Shown: piece by piece, positions 8,323 through 17,760 of the stretch
Position numbering within the stretch: position 1 is the first letter of the stretch
Layout: every line of letters begins with the position of its first letter
Assembly (NCBI GenBank): GCA_013696555.1
Contig: JACCYJ010000093.1
Coordinates: forward strand, 1 to 54,818
Length of the DNA: 54,818 nt
Direction: 5' to 3'
Origin: Nocardioidaceae bacterium
Lineage (GTDB): Bacteria; Actinomycetota; Actinomycetes; Propionibacteriales; Nocardioidaceae
Translations under genes and position numbers: made by a program
The notes under the pieces: model-generated
The model's database searches: none
What the model was told of the DNA's origin: nothing
What the model saw: only the letters and a program-made list of their open reading frames with translations

Positions 8323-11300
8323 GTGGCGCTGAGCATCCATCGCGCAGAGCGCGCCGACGCGCTGGTGCGCGGGCTGGGCGGCGTCCTGGCGACCGGCCAA
8401 CCGGACCCGTTCGCGCGGGAGATCGTTGCCGTACCGGCTCGCGGGGTCGAGCGGTGGGTGACGCAGCGGTTGTCGTACCACCTCGGCTCGCACGATGCCG
8501 CGGGGATCTGCGCGAACGTCGACTTCCCGTCACCCGGCCGGCTGGTGGCCGACTGCATAGCCGCAGCCGACGGAAGGGAGTCCGACGACGACCCGTGGGC
8601 ATCACGCCGACTGGTTTGGACCCTTCTCGAGATGGTCGACGGCGACATCCCGGCGACACAAGTCGACCGTCGGTTCCTCGTCGCACACCACCTGACCCGG
8701 CTCTTCACGTCGTACGGGGAGCAGCGCCCCAGCATGGTGCGCAGCTGGGCTGCCGGACAGGTCACCGACGGCGCCGGCGGCGCCGTCCCGGCGGATCTGG
8801 TGTGGCAGGCCGAGCTGTGGCGCCGGGTGCGGACCGAGATCGGATCCCCCAGCCCCCCTGAACGCCTGGCAGGCGCCGTCTCGGTGCTGTCTGCCGACCC
8901 CCACCTCGTGGACCTGCCGGACCGGGTCTCGGTCTTCGGTCCGACCCGGTTGACCACCGAACAGGTGCAGGTGCTGACCGCGCTGGGGGAGCACCGCGAT
9001 ATCCACCTCTGGCTGCTGCACCCGTCGGCCATGTTGTGGGACGCCGTGGCCCAAGCGACGCCGTCCAACTCGCGGCGCCACGCCAATCCGACGATCGCGG
9101 TGCCGCGGCACCGGCTGCTCGCCTCACTCGGCCGGGACGCGCGCGAGATGCAGCTCATCCTGGCCGGCGCACCCGCGACAGACCGGCACCACCCTCTCGA
9201 CGCACCAGCGAAAACGCTGCTCGGTCGGATACAGGGCGATCTGCGCGACGATCGGGTGCCCGCGCCGACGCAGGAACTACAACCCGACGATCGCAGTCTG
9301 CAGGTCCACGCCTGCCACGGCAGGTCACGCCAGGTAGAGGTGCTCCGCGAGGTGCTGCTCGGGCTGCTCGAGGCCGATCCCACACTCGAGCCACGCGACG
9401 TGCTGGTGATGTGCCCGGACATCGAAACCTACGCACCGCTGATCTCGGGCACGTTCGGGCTCGGTGACACCGACGTCTCCACGTCGCATCCTGGGCACCG
9501 GCTGCGGGTACGGCTCGCGGACCGCTCGTTGCGGCAGACCAATCCGCTCCTCGACACGATCGCCCGACTGCTTGACCTGGCCGATGCCCGGGTGACCGCC
9601 TCCCAGGTGCTCGACTTGGTCTCGCTGCCACCGGTGCGCCGGCGGTTCAAGCTCGACGACGAGGACCTCGAACGCCTGGCCGAGTGGATCAGCACGTCAG
9701 GGGTGCGCTGGGGCCTCGACGCCGAGCACCGCGAGCCGTACCGGATGGCCGGCGTCCGACAAAACACCTGGCAGGCGGGCCTCGACCGGCTGCTGCTCGG
9801 CGTCACCATGCCCGAGGACGATCTGCAGTGGCTCGGCCTCGCGCTGCCGCTCGACGACGTCGACTCCGGCGACATCGACCGCGCCGGCCGGCTCGGCGAG
9901 CTCGTCGAGCGCCTCGGCACCATCCTGGACGCCCTCAACGGCGAGCACTCCGTGCGCCACTGGCTCGCCACGCTTTCGGGCGCGCTCGACCTGCTCACCG
10001 ACGTCGCGGAGTCCGACGAATGGCAGCTCGCCCAGGCCCGGCGTGAGCTCGGCGACCTCGCAACCAGCGCCGGGGAGCGCGTCGACCACATCCAGCTGAG
10101 GTTGGGAGACGTCCGGGCGCTGCTCGCCGACCGGCTGAAGGGGCGTCCGACCCGGGCCAACTTCCGGACCGGCAACCTCACGATGTGCTCGATGGTGCCG
10201 ATGCGATCGGTGCCGCACCGCGTCATCTGCCTGCTCGGGCTCGACGACGGTGTGTTTCCCCGCAGCACCGGCGTCGACGGGGACGACATCCTGGCCCGTG
10301 GCCCGCTGGTCGGCGAGCGGGACCGCCGCAGCGAGGACCGGCAGCTGCTGCTCGACGCGATCATGGCCGCTGAGGAACACCTCATCGTCCTCTACACCGG
10401 TGCTGACGAGCGCACCGGCGCCGAACGCCCGCCGGCCGTGCCGCTGGGCGAGATCCTCGACGTCGTCGACGCCACCGTCCACACCGACGACGGCCGCCCG
10501 GCCCGCGAGCACGTCGTGGTGCGACACCCGCTGCAGCCGTTCGACGCCCGAAACTTCGAGCCGGGTGTGCTCGGCGTACGCGGATCATTCAGCCATGACC
10601 AGGGGGCACTCGCCGGCGCCGAAGCAGCGGCTCGGCCGCGCCAGCCGGAGCCGCCGCTGCTGGCCATGCCCTTGGCTCCGCATGATGATCCCGACGGAGT
10701 CGTGCCGCTCGACCGGCTGGTGCGCTTCCTGGAGCACCCGGTTCGCGGGTTCTTCACCCTGCGCCTGGGGATCGGCGTACCCGAGGAGGACGAACAGCTC
10801 GACGATGCGCTGCACGCCGAGCTGCAGCCGCTGGACAAGTGGGCGGTCGGCGACCGGTGGCTCCAGGCCCGGCTCGCCGGCGCCGACCCGGACGCCGTCA
10901 AACATGTCGAGTGGCTCCGGGGCACGTTGCCACCGGGCGCTCTGGGGCACGCCTTGCTGACCGAGGTGGTCGCCGAAGGCGGACCACTGATCATGGCCGG
11001 AGAAGGGGAGCGAGTCGGCGAGGCGGAGTCGTACGACGTGTCGGTCCCGCTGCCCGACGGACGGGTCGTGGCCGGCACTGTCGGCGCCGTCTACGGAAGG
11101 ACCGTCGCCCGGACCGTCTACTCCCGGCTCGGCCCCAAGCACCGACTCCGCGCCTGGGTGCTGCTGCTCGCGCTCGCCGCCTCGCGACCCGGCAACGACT
11201 GGCGGACCGTGACGATCGGCCGCGGACGCGCGAAGGGCAAGCCACCGCAGCGCTCGGTGCTCGTCCCACCAGACGACCCGGCGAGCGTGCTGGGGGCGCT

Positions 11301-11586
11301 GGTCGACCTGCGCGACCGCGGGCTGCGCGAGCCGCTGCCACTGCCCTTGGTTGCGGCGCACGAGTACGCCGCCTCCCGCCACGCCGGTGACACCGATGAG
11401 CTGTCGCGCCTGGCGGCGGGAAAGGGCTGGTCAGGCAGCTTCGATGGTGCCCTCGACGACTGGCACCTGCGGCTGTGGGGCGGGGAGGCGCCGTTCGACA
11501 GGGTGACCGAGGGCACGCCGTTCTACGAGCTCGCGCGCGAGCTGTGGTGGCCGCTGCTGGACGCCGAATCCTTGGGACCGGCGTGA
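8323..11586 (+). CDS. recC: Exodeoxyribonuclease V gamma subunit RecC
   Basis: 1087 aa with a RecC-like N-terminus (ALSIHRAERADALV..EIVAVPARGVERW). It is the first gene of a coupled recC-recB-recD triplet, the usual actinobacterial order. Confidence 0.9.
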   Translation: MALSIHRAERADALVRGLGGVLATGQPDPFAREIVAVPARGVERWVTQRLSYHLGSHDAAGICANVDFPSPGRLVADCIAAADGRESDDDPWASRRLVWTLLEMVDGDIPATQVDRRFLVAHHLTRLFTSYGEQRPSMVRSWAAGQVTDGAGGAVPADLVWQAELWRRVRTEIGSPSPPERLAGAVSVLSADPHLVDLPDRVSVFGPTRLTTEQVQVLTALGEHRDIHLWLLHPSAMLWDAVAQATPSNSRRHANPTIAVPRHRLLASLGRDAREMQLILAGAPATDRHHPLDAPAKTLLGRIQGDLRDDRVPAPTQELQPDDRSLQVHACHGRSRQVEVLREVLLGLLEADPTLEPRDVLVMCPDIETYAPLISGTFGLGDTDVSTSHPGHRLRVRLADRSLRQTNPLLDTIARLLDLADARVTASQVLDLVSLPPVRRRFKLDDEDLERLAEWISTSGVRWGLDAEHREPYRMAGVRQNTWQAGLDRLLLGVTMPEDDLQWLGLALPLDDVDSGDIDRAGRLGELVERLGTILDALNGEHSVRHWLATLSGALDLLTDVAESDEWQLAQARRELGDLATSAGERVDHIQLRLGDVRALLADRLKGRPTRANFRTGNLTMCSMVPMRSVPHRVICLLGLDDGVFPRSTGVDGDDILARGPLVGERDRRSEDRQLLLDAIMAAEEHLIVLYTGADERTGAERPPAVPLGEILDVVDATVHTDDGRPAREHVVVRHPLQPFDARNFEPGVLGVRGSFSHDQGALAGAEAAARPRQPEPPLLAMPLAPHDDPDGVVPLDRLVRFLEHPVRGFFTLRLGIGVPEEDEQLDDALHAELQPLDKWAVGDRWLQARLAGADPDAVKHVEWLRGTLPPGALGHALLTEVVAEGGPLIMAGEGERVGEAESYDVSVPLPDGRVVAGTVGAVYGRTVARTVYSRLGPKHRLRAWVLLLALAASRPGNDWRTVTIGRGRAKGKPPQRSVLVPPDDPASVLGALVDLRDRGLREPLPLPLVAAHEYAASRHAGDTDELSRLAAGKGWSGSFDGALDDWHLRLWGGEAPFDRVTEGTPFYELARELWWPLLDAESLGPA

Positions 11587-14500
11587 GCAGCCCGCCGCCG
11601 TTCAACAGTTGCGGTGACCTGCCGACCGGGACGACCGTCTTGGAGGCGAGTGCGGGCACCGGCAAGACGTTCACGATCGCGGCATTGGTCACCCGGTACG
11701 TCGCCGAGGGTCATGCCGAGCTGAGCGAGCTGATGCTCGTCACCTTCGGGCGGGCGGCGACCCAAGAGCTGCGGGAGCGGGTACGAGAGCGGCTCGTGAG
11801 CGCCGAGCGTGGCCTGGCCGACCCGGCGGCCGCGCGTGCCGACAGAGACGACGACCTGCTGCGGCAGCTCGCGAAGCCCGACGACGCCGAGGTGGCCCTG
11901 CGGCGCAAGCGGCTGGTCACCGCGCTCGCGGACTTCGACGCCGCCACGATCGCCACGACGCACGCGTTCTGTCAGCAGATGCTGATCGGGCTGGGCGTCG
12001 CCGGCGACTTCGAACCGGATGCGGTGTTCGTCGAAGACGTCGACGACATCATCACCGAGGTGGTCGACGACCTCTACCTCCGCAAGTGGGGACGGCCCGA
12101 CGCCGACCCGCCGCTGATGACGTACCCCGAAGCACAGTCGCTTGCTCGGACCGTGGTCGGTGACCGGCATGCGCTGATCGAGCCGCGGGACGCCGATCCG
12201 GACTCGGTGGCGGCCGCGCGGGTCCGGTTCGCCGAAGCCGTGCGCGCGGAAGTGGACCGGCGCAAGCGGCAGCGGCGATTGCGCGACTACGACGACCTGC
12301 TGACCCGGTTGCGCGACGCGCTACTCGACCCGGTCCGCGGTGAGTCGGCCTGTGCTCGCGTCCGGTCGCGCTACTCCGTGGTGATGGTCGACGAGTTCCA
12401 GGACACCGACCCGGTGCAGTGGCAGATCCTGCGCACTGCCTTCCACGGCCACACGACGCTGGTGCTGATCGGTGACCCGAAGCAGGCGATCTACGCCTTC
12501 CGCGGCGGCGACGTGACGACGTACCTGCTAGCGAGGCGAGATGCTTCCGCCGAGGCCACGCTGGCGAAGAACTGGCGCAGCGACGAGGTCCTGGTCGAGG
12601 GGCTCGGTCACGTGTTCGGCCAGGCAGCGCTGGGTGATCCCGGCATCGTGGTGCGGCCGGTGGACTCCGCGCATCCGGTGCGGCGGCTGAACGGAGCCCC
12701 GATCGACGCCCCGCTGCGGCTGCGGGTGCTCACCCGGGCGGCACTCGGGCAGAAACCCCGGGCCAAGCCGAAGGTCGGCGCGGTTCGCCCGGCGGTGGCC
12801 AGAGACGTGACAGCCGAGCTGGTAAGACTCCTCGACAGCAAGGCGCAGTTGCGGATCGACGGCAAATCCCGTCCGGTCGCGCCTGGCGACGTAGCCGTGC
12901 TGGTGCACACCAACCCGCAGGCGACGCTGGTGCACGACACGCTCCGAGCGGCCGGTGTGCCCGCCGTTCTCACCGGGGCCGTCGACGTCTTCCGCACCGC
13001 GATGGCGGCGGAGTGGCTGGTGCTGCTGCAGGCCCTCGAGCAGCCGCACCGGAAGGCCCGCGCGCGCACCGCTGCCCTCGGGTGCTTCCTCGGGTGGGAC
13101 GCGGCTGGCCTCGCGGCGGCCGGTGACGCCGCCATGGAGGAGCTCGGGCCGCGTCTCAGCGAGTGGGCCGCCGTCCTCGATCGCCGTGGCGTCCCAGCAC
13201 TGCTCGAGGTGGTCACCGGGGGTGGTCAGCTGCTGGAACGGTTGCTGGTGACAGCAGAGGGGGAGCGGCAGTTGACCGACCTGCGTCACATCGGCGAGGC
13301 GCTGCACGCCGCCGCGGTCGCCGAACAGCTCGGCACCTCGGCGCTCGTCGAGTGGCTGGCTCGGCGCATCCGCGATGCCCGCCCCGACGTCGAGGAGCGC
13401 AGCCGTCGGCTGGAGTCCGACGCCGAAGCCGTGCAGGTCATCACCGTACATCGCAGCAAGGGGTTGGAGTTCCCGGTCGTCTTCGTCCCGTTCGGATGGG
13501 ACCGCTGGATCCGCCCGGAGGACCACCCGCGGTTCCACGCGGACGGAGTGCGCAGCGTCGACGTCGGAGGCAAGGAAGGAGCGACGTACGCCGGGCACTG
13601 CGCCAGTCACGCCGAGGAAGAGACTGGCGAGTCGCTCCGGCTGCTCTATGTGGCGCTCACCCGGGCGCAGTGCCAGGTGGTCACCTGGTGGGCCCCTTCA
13701 TGGAACACAGCTGCCGCACCGATGCACCGGCTGCTTTTCGACGACTTCGCGCCGGAGCATGAACCCGCGGCCGAGGTCGCCCTGCCGGACGACGCTGCCG
13801 TCCGACAGCGGCTCTCGGACCTGCCGGACCGCTCGGGCGGAACGGTGTCGGTCGAGGAGGTCGTCGTGCCGCCGCAGCCGGTGGTGTGGGCGCCACCCGG
13901 CCGCACTCCACCGGCCCTGGTGGTGGCGACGTTCGACCGGACCCTGGACACCGCGTGGCGGCGGACGTCGTACTCGGCCCTGACAGCGGCCGCTCACGCC
14001 GTGCAGGGCGTCGCGAGCGAGCCGGAGGAGCGCGGGCTCGACGACGAGCCCGAGGTTGTCGAGGTGGTCACCGGCGGCGAGGACTCGGCTGACGAGGTGT
14101 TACGGGCAGTGACGTCGCCGATGGCCGGGCTACCGAGCGGCACCGGCTTCGGAATCGTCGTGCACTCGGTGCTGGAGCAGGTCGACACCGGCGCTGCCGA
14201 TCTCGCGGCCGAGCTCGGCGAGCGGAGCCGGGAGGTGCTCGCTCGCCGGTTGAGCACTTCCTACACCGCCGACACGCTGGCCGCCGCTCTACTGCCGGCG
14301 ATGGAAACCCCGCTCGGGCCGCTGACCGACGGAGTCCGGCTCCGGGACATCACAGCGGCGGATCGGCTGGCGGAGATGGACTTCGAGCTGCCGTTGGCCG
14401 GCGGGGACGACCCGATGGGGACGGCGACGACGCTGGCTGGCATCGCGGACCTGCTACGCCGACGCCTGTCCGACGACGATCCGTTCGCCGCGTACCCCGA

Positions 14501-14948
14501 TGGGCTCACCGGACCCGGCGTGCAGCAGCAACAACTGCGCGGATACCTCACCGGCAGCCTGGATGCAGTGCTGCGGCTCCGCGAGGCCGATGGCGAGCCG
14601 CGCTATGTGGTGGTCGACTACAAGACGAACTGGCTGGGCGGGGCGGCAGCCGAGCCGCTCACCGCCTGGCACTACCGGCCCGCGGCGCTCACCGAGGCGA
14701 TGCTCGCCTCGCACTACCCGTTGCAGCTCCTGCTGTATCTCGTCGCCCTGCACCGCTATCTGCGGTGGCGGCAACCGGGGTACGACCCGGAGCGACACCT
14801 GCGCGGCGGGCTGTACCTGTTCCTGCGCGGGATGTGCGGGCCGGCCACACCGGTGGTGGCCGGGGTGCCCTGCGGAGTCTTCGGCTGGGTGCCGCCATCT
14901 GGGCTGGTGGACGAGCTCTCGAGGCTACTTGCGGGTGGTGCTCCGTGA
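11583..14948 (+). CDS. recB: Exodeoxyribonuclease V beta subunit RecB (helicase-nuclease)
   Basis: GTG at 11583 overlaps the recC stop (GTGA). Walker A EASAGTGKTFTIA. Motif II VMVDEFQDTD. C-terminal PD-(D/E)xK-type motif VVDYKTN. The tracked ORF start at 11475 lies inside recC and is unlikely. Confidence 0.9.
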   Translation: MSSPPPFNSCGDLPTGTTVLEASAGTGKTFTIAALVTRYVAEGHAELSELMLVTFGRAATQELRERVRERLVSAERGLADPAAARADRDDDLLRQLAKPDDAEVALRRKRLVTALADFDAATIATTHAFCQQMLIGLGVAGDFEPDAVFVEDVDDIITEVVDDLYLRKWGRPDADPPLMTYPEAQSLARTVVGDRHALIEPRDADPDSVAAARVRFAEAVRAEVDRRKRQRRLRDYDDLLTRLRDALLDPVRGESACARVRSRYSVVMVDEFQDTDPVQWQILRTAFHGHTTLVLIGDPKQAIYAFRGGDVTTYLLARRDASAEATLAKNWRSDEVLVEGLGHVFGQAALGDPGIVVRPVDSAHPVRRLNGAPIDAPLRLRVLTRAALGQKPRAKPKVGAVRPAVARDVTAELVRLLDSKAQLRIDGKSRPVAPGDVAVLVHTNPQATLVHDTLRAAGVPAVLTGAVDVFRTAMAAEWLVLLQALEQPHRKARARTAALGCFLGWDAAGLAAAGDAAMEELGPRLSEWAAVLDRRGVPALLEVVTGGGQLLERLLVTAEGERQLTDLRHIGEALHAAAVAEQLGTSALVEWLARRIRDARPDVEERSRRLESDAEAVQVITVHRSKGLEFPVVFVPFGWDRWIRPEDHPRFHADGVRSVDVGGKEGATYAGHCASHAEEETGESLRLLYVALTRAQCQVVTWWAPSWNTAAAPMHRLLFDDFAPEHEPAAEVALPDDAAVRQRLSDLPDRSGGTVSVEEVVVPPQPVVWAPPGRTPPALVVATFDRTLDTAWRRTSYSALTAAAHAVQGVASEPEERGLDDEPEVVEVVTGGEDSADEVLRAVTSPMAGLPSGTGFGIVVHSVLEQVDTGAADLAAELGERSREVLARRLSTSYTADTLAAALLPAMETPLGPLTDGVRLRDITAADRLAEMDFELPLAGGDDPMGTATTLAGIADLLRRRLSDDDPFAAYPDGLTGPGVQQQQLRGYLTGSLDAVLRLREADGEPRYVVVDYKTNWLGGAAAEPLTAWHYRPAALTEAMLASHYPLQLLLYLVALHRYLRWRQPGYDPERHLRGGLYLFLRGMCGPATPVVAGVPCGVFGWVPPSGLVDELSRLLAGGAP

Positions 14949-16852
14949 CCGTGGTCGACGAGACTCCGCTGGTCGACGAGGGCGACCCCTATGACGTCCG
15001 GCTGGCGCTAGGGGCGACGGGGTCGTTGCGTGCGTTCAACCAGGCAGGGGTGCTCACATCCGCAGACGTGCATGTCGCCTCTCGGCTCGGCCGGCTGGCG
15101 CAAGAGCACGAGGAGCGGGTGCTGCTCGCGGTGGCCCTGGCGGTGCGCGGCGTACGACTCGGATCGGTCTGCGTCGACCTCCCCGGCCTCCGGGAGACGG
15201 TGACGTCCGACGACGACTCGGGCACCGACCTCGATGCCTTGCCGTGGCCGGACCCGAGGGAGTGGCTCGAGGTCACCGCCGCCAGCTCGCTCGTCGCGGT
15301 CGGAGACTCGGTGGTGCCGGCTCCTTCGAGCCAGCAGACCGGTCATCCGCTGCGCCTGGTCGGGTCGTTGCTCTACCTCGACCGCTACTGGCGTCAGGAG
15401 CAGCTGGTACGCGAGGAGCTCGACGCCCGGGCCTCGAGGGTCGTACCGCCCGTCGACGCTGACGCCCTCCGGGCCGGGCTGGCGCGGCTCTTCCCCGACC
15501 AGGACCCCGACCGGCAGCGGTTGGCGGCGGCCACTGCGGTGCTGCGGTCGATCACGGTGGTTGCGGGTGGTCCCGGCACCGGTAAGACGACCACGGTGGC
15601 GCGCCTCATCGAGCTGCTGCGTTCGCTGCCTGGCCAGGCGCCGCGGATCGCCTTGGCCGCGCCGACGGGCAAGGCGGCTGCCCGGCTCGAGGAGGCGGTG
15701 CGCGGACTGGATGTCACCGACATCTCCGCGTCGACGCTGCATCGGCTGTTGGGGCGCAAACCGGGCAGCCGCAGCCGATTCCGCCACGACCGTCATGACC
15801 GGTTGCCGTACGACGTGGTCGTCGTCGACGAGTCGTCGATGGTGTCGCTCACGCTGATGTCGCGGTTGATGGAGGCGCTGCGGCCGGAGTCCCGGCTGGT
15901 GCTGGTAGGCGACCCGGATCAGCTGACGTCGGTGGAGGCGGGCGCAGTGCTCGGCGACGTCGTCGCGCGGCCGGCTCCGACAGGAGCAACGGTGCCGGCG
16001 CAGCTGGCGGAGGTGGTGCCGGCGGACATTGCGGAAGCCGACCGGGCTGAGCTGCGCAACGGTGTCGTGCGGCTCACGGTGATTCGTCGCTTCGGTGCGG
16101 AGATCGGGGCGTTGGCCGCCGCGATCAGGGACCAGGACGAGGATGTCGTGCTGGCGCTGCTGCGCGACGGCGGGCCTTCGGTGTCGTATGTCGAAGCCGC
16201 GGAGGACGGGTCGCTGACTTCCGGCAAGCTTGGCGGGCTGCGCGACGACGTGGTGTCCGCCGCGGGGGCGCTCACCCAGGTAGCGGATGCCGAGCATGCT
16301 CGGGAGGCGCTGGTGGCGTTGGGTCGGCACCGGCTGCTGTGCGCGCACCGGCGCGGGCCCTACGGCGCGACGCACTGGACCGAGCAGGTCGAGCGGTGGC
16401 TCGCCGAGGCACTTGGCCGGCCTCCGGACGCGGGCACGTGGTACCGAGGGCAGCCGTTGCTGGTGACCGCCAACGACTACGAGATCGAGCTGTTCAACGG
16501 CGACAGTGGTGTGGTGGTCGACGGCGGTGAGCGGGGTCTGCTGGCCGCATTCGCCCGAGGTGGTGCACCCATGTTGCTCAGCCCGCACCGGCTCTCGGCG
16601 GTGCAGACCGTGCATGCCATGACAGTCCACAAGGCCCAGGGCAGCCAGTTCGACCGGGTGAGCCTGGTGCTGCCGCCGGAGCAGTCCCGGGCGCTGACCC
16701 GCGAGCTGCTGTACACCGCCGTGACCCGAGCGCAGACGCACGTCCGCGTCATCGGGTCGGAGACCGCCGTACGCCGGGCGGTGTCGCGTCGGGTGGCGCG
16801 GGCGAGCGGACTGCGCGGGCCGGTGGCTGCAGGCAGCCATGAGCAGTTGTGA
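14945..16852 (+). CDS. recD: Exodeoxyribonuclease V alpha subunit RecD
   Basis: GTG at 14945 overlaps the recB stop (GTGA). Walker A VAGGPGTGKTTTV, Walker B VVVDESSMV, C-terminal HAMTVHKAQGSQF. Confidence 0.9.
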   Translation: MTVVDETPLVDEGDPYDVRLALGATGSLRAFNQAGVLTSADVHVASRLGRLAQEHEERVLLAVALAVRGVRLGSVCVDLPGLRETVTSDDDSGTDLDALPWPDPREWLEVTAASSLVAVGDSVVPAPSSQQTGHPLRLVGSLLYLDRYWRQEQLVREELDARASRVVPPVDADALRAGLARLFPDQDPDRQRLAAATAVLRSITVVAGGPGTGKTTTVARLIELLRSLPGQAPRIALAAPTGKAAARLEEAVRGLDVTDISASTLHRLLGRKPGSRSRFRHDRHDRLPYDVVVVDESSMVSLTLMSRLMEALRPESRLVLVGDPDQLTSVEAGAVLGDVVARPAPTGATVPAQLAEVVPADIAEADRAELRNGVVRLTVIRRFGAEIGALAAAIRDQDEDVVLALLRDGGPSVSYVEAAEDGSLTSGKLGGLRDDVVSAAGALTQVADAEHAREALVALGRHRLLCAHRRGPYGATHWTEQVERWLAEALGRPPDAGTWYRGQPLLVTANDYEIELFNGDSGVVVDGGERGLLAAFARGGAPMLLSPHRLSAVQTVHAMTVHKAQGSQFDRVSLVLPPEQSRALTRELLYTAVTRAQTHVRVIGSETAVRRAVSRRVARASGLRGPVAAGSHEQL

Positions 16853-16859
16853 TGACGTT

Positions 16860-16878
16860 TTACTCATGACATGAGTAA
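16860..16878. promoter_or_regulatory. 19-bp perfect palindrome overlapping the start codon of the RHH ORF (candidate operator)
   Basis: TTACTCATG-A-CATGAGTAA, an AT-rich palindrome in a GC-rich background. The ATG at 16871 lies in its right arm. Confidence 0.6.
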
Positions 16879-16990
16879 GCGGCTCCAGGTGGTCGTCGAC
16901 GACCGCGAGTTCGCGGACCTCCGACGCATTGCCGAAGCGGAGGGCCTGACCGTGTCCGAGTGGGTGAGGCAGACTGCCCGGCTGACTAAC
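16871..16990 (+). pseudogene. Ribbon-helix-helix (CopG/VapB-like) antitoxin, apparently truncated and orphan
   Basis: MSKRLQVVVDDREFADLRRIAEAEGLTVSEWVRQTARL is a typical RHH antitoxin N-terminus. The frame then runs without a stop antisense through the convergent methyltransferase (to 17359), and no toxin gene follows. The 3' boundary is arbitrary. Confidence 0.45.
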
Positions 16991-17621
16991 CCCGCCTCGC
17001 CGTTCCCAGAACGTGCGGCGACGTGGGTAGCGCCACCCGGATGTCGGGCAGCCGAAAGGACTCGAGTTGGTCGATGCGAAAGCCGGCCGATTCGATCTCG
17101 CTTATCGTGTCGCGGTGGGTATGGCAGCCGCCAGCGATGCGCGGCCAGACAGTCGCATCGAGGCCGCGCTGAACCCGCGCCAGTCGAGGGGTGTCGGCGC
17201 GAACGTGCTCGAAGAAACGCAGCTGGCCACCGGGGCGTAACACCCGGTGGATCTCGGCCAGCGCCTGGACCGGATCGGGCACGGAGCACAACACCAACGA
17301 GGTCACGGCGGCGTCAACGCTGGCGTCGGCCATCGGCAGTCGTGATGCCTCACCCGTGACCACCGCCACGGGGACGCTCGCTTCGAGCGCGGCCAGCTCG
17401 GCGAGCCCACGAAGGTGCGGCTCAGGCTCCAGCGCGAGTACGTGGCTCACCGACGTGGGGTAGTGCGCGAAGTTGAGCCCGTTGCCGGCACCCACCTCGA
17501 CGACTCTGCCGGTCAGCCCCGCGAGCAGCCGATGCCGATGGGGGCCGAGCTCCGGCTCCATCCGCTGACTCAGCCATGCGTAGGCACGGGCGAAGAAGGG
17601 GTGTCGGTACGAGTCAGCCAT
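16986..17621 (-). CDS. Class I SAM-dependent methyltransferase
   Basis: Motif I VVEVGAGNGLN, post-I/II region, and LRPGGQLRFFEH. Start taken at MADSYRH (ATG 17621); ATG 17633 is an alternative. Confidence 0.8.
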   Translation of the reverse strand: MADSYRHPFFARAYAWLSQRMEPELGPHRHRLLAGLTGRVVEVGAGNGLNFAHYPTSVSHVLALEPEPHLRGLAELAALEASVPVAVVTGEASRLPMADASVDAAVTSLVLCSVPDPVQALAEIHRVLRPGGQLRFFEHVRADTPRLARVQRGLDATVWPRIAGGCHTHRDTISEIESAGFRIDQLESFRLPDIRVALPTSPHVLGTARRG

Positions 17622-17760
17622 GGACCTCAGCATGACCGAAACGGCACCGGGTGAGCAGCAGCGCCGAAGCAGCATGCATGCGATGTACGAGGGTCGAGTG
17701 CATCTGCAGCCGCATGATGCCTGCGGACAGACGGGCGCGAACTCGCTACCGTAGCCGCCC

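Noticed and set aside
11475-11582. Upstream extensions of recB (tracked start 11475) and recD (tracked start 14765)
   Set aside because: The extensions lie entirely within the preceding gene and encode Arg/Gly-rich junk. GTG codons forming GTGA overlaps with the upstream stops (11583, 14945) give N-termini that match the protein families.
16871-17359. Full 162-aa ORF as a genuine protein
   Set aside because: Beyond residue about 38 it is antisense to a well-supported methyltransferase and has junk-like composition. Only the RHH N-terminus is credible.
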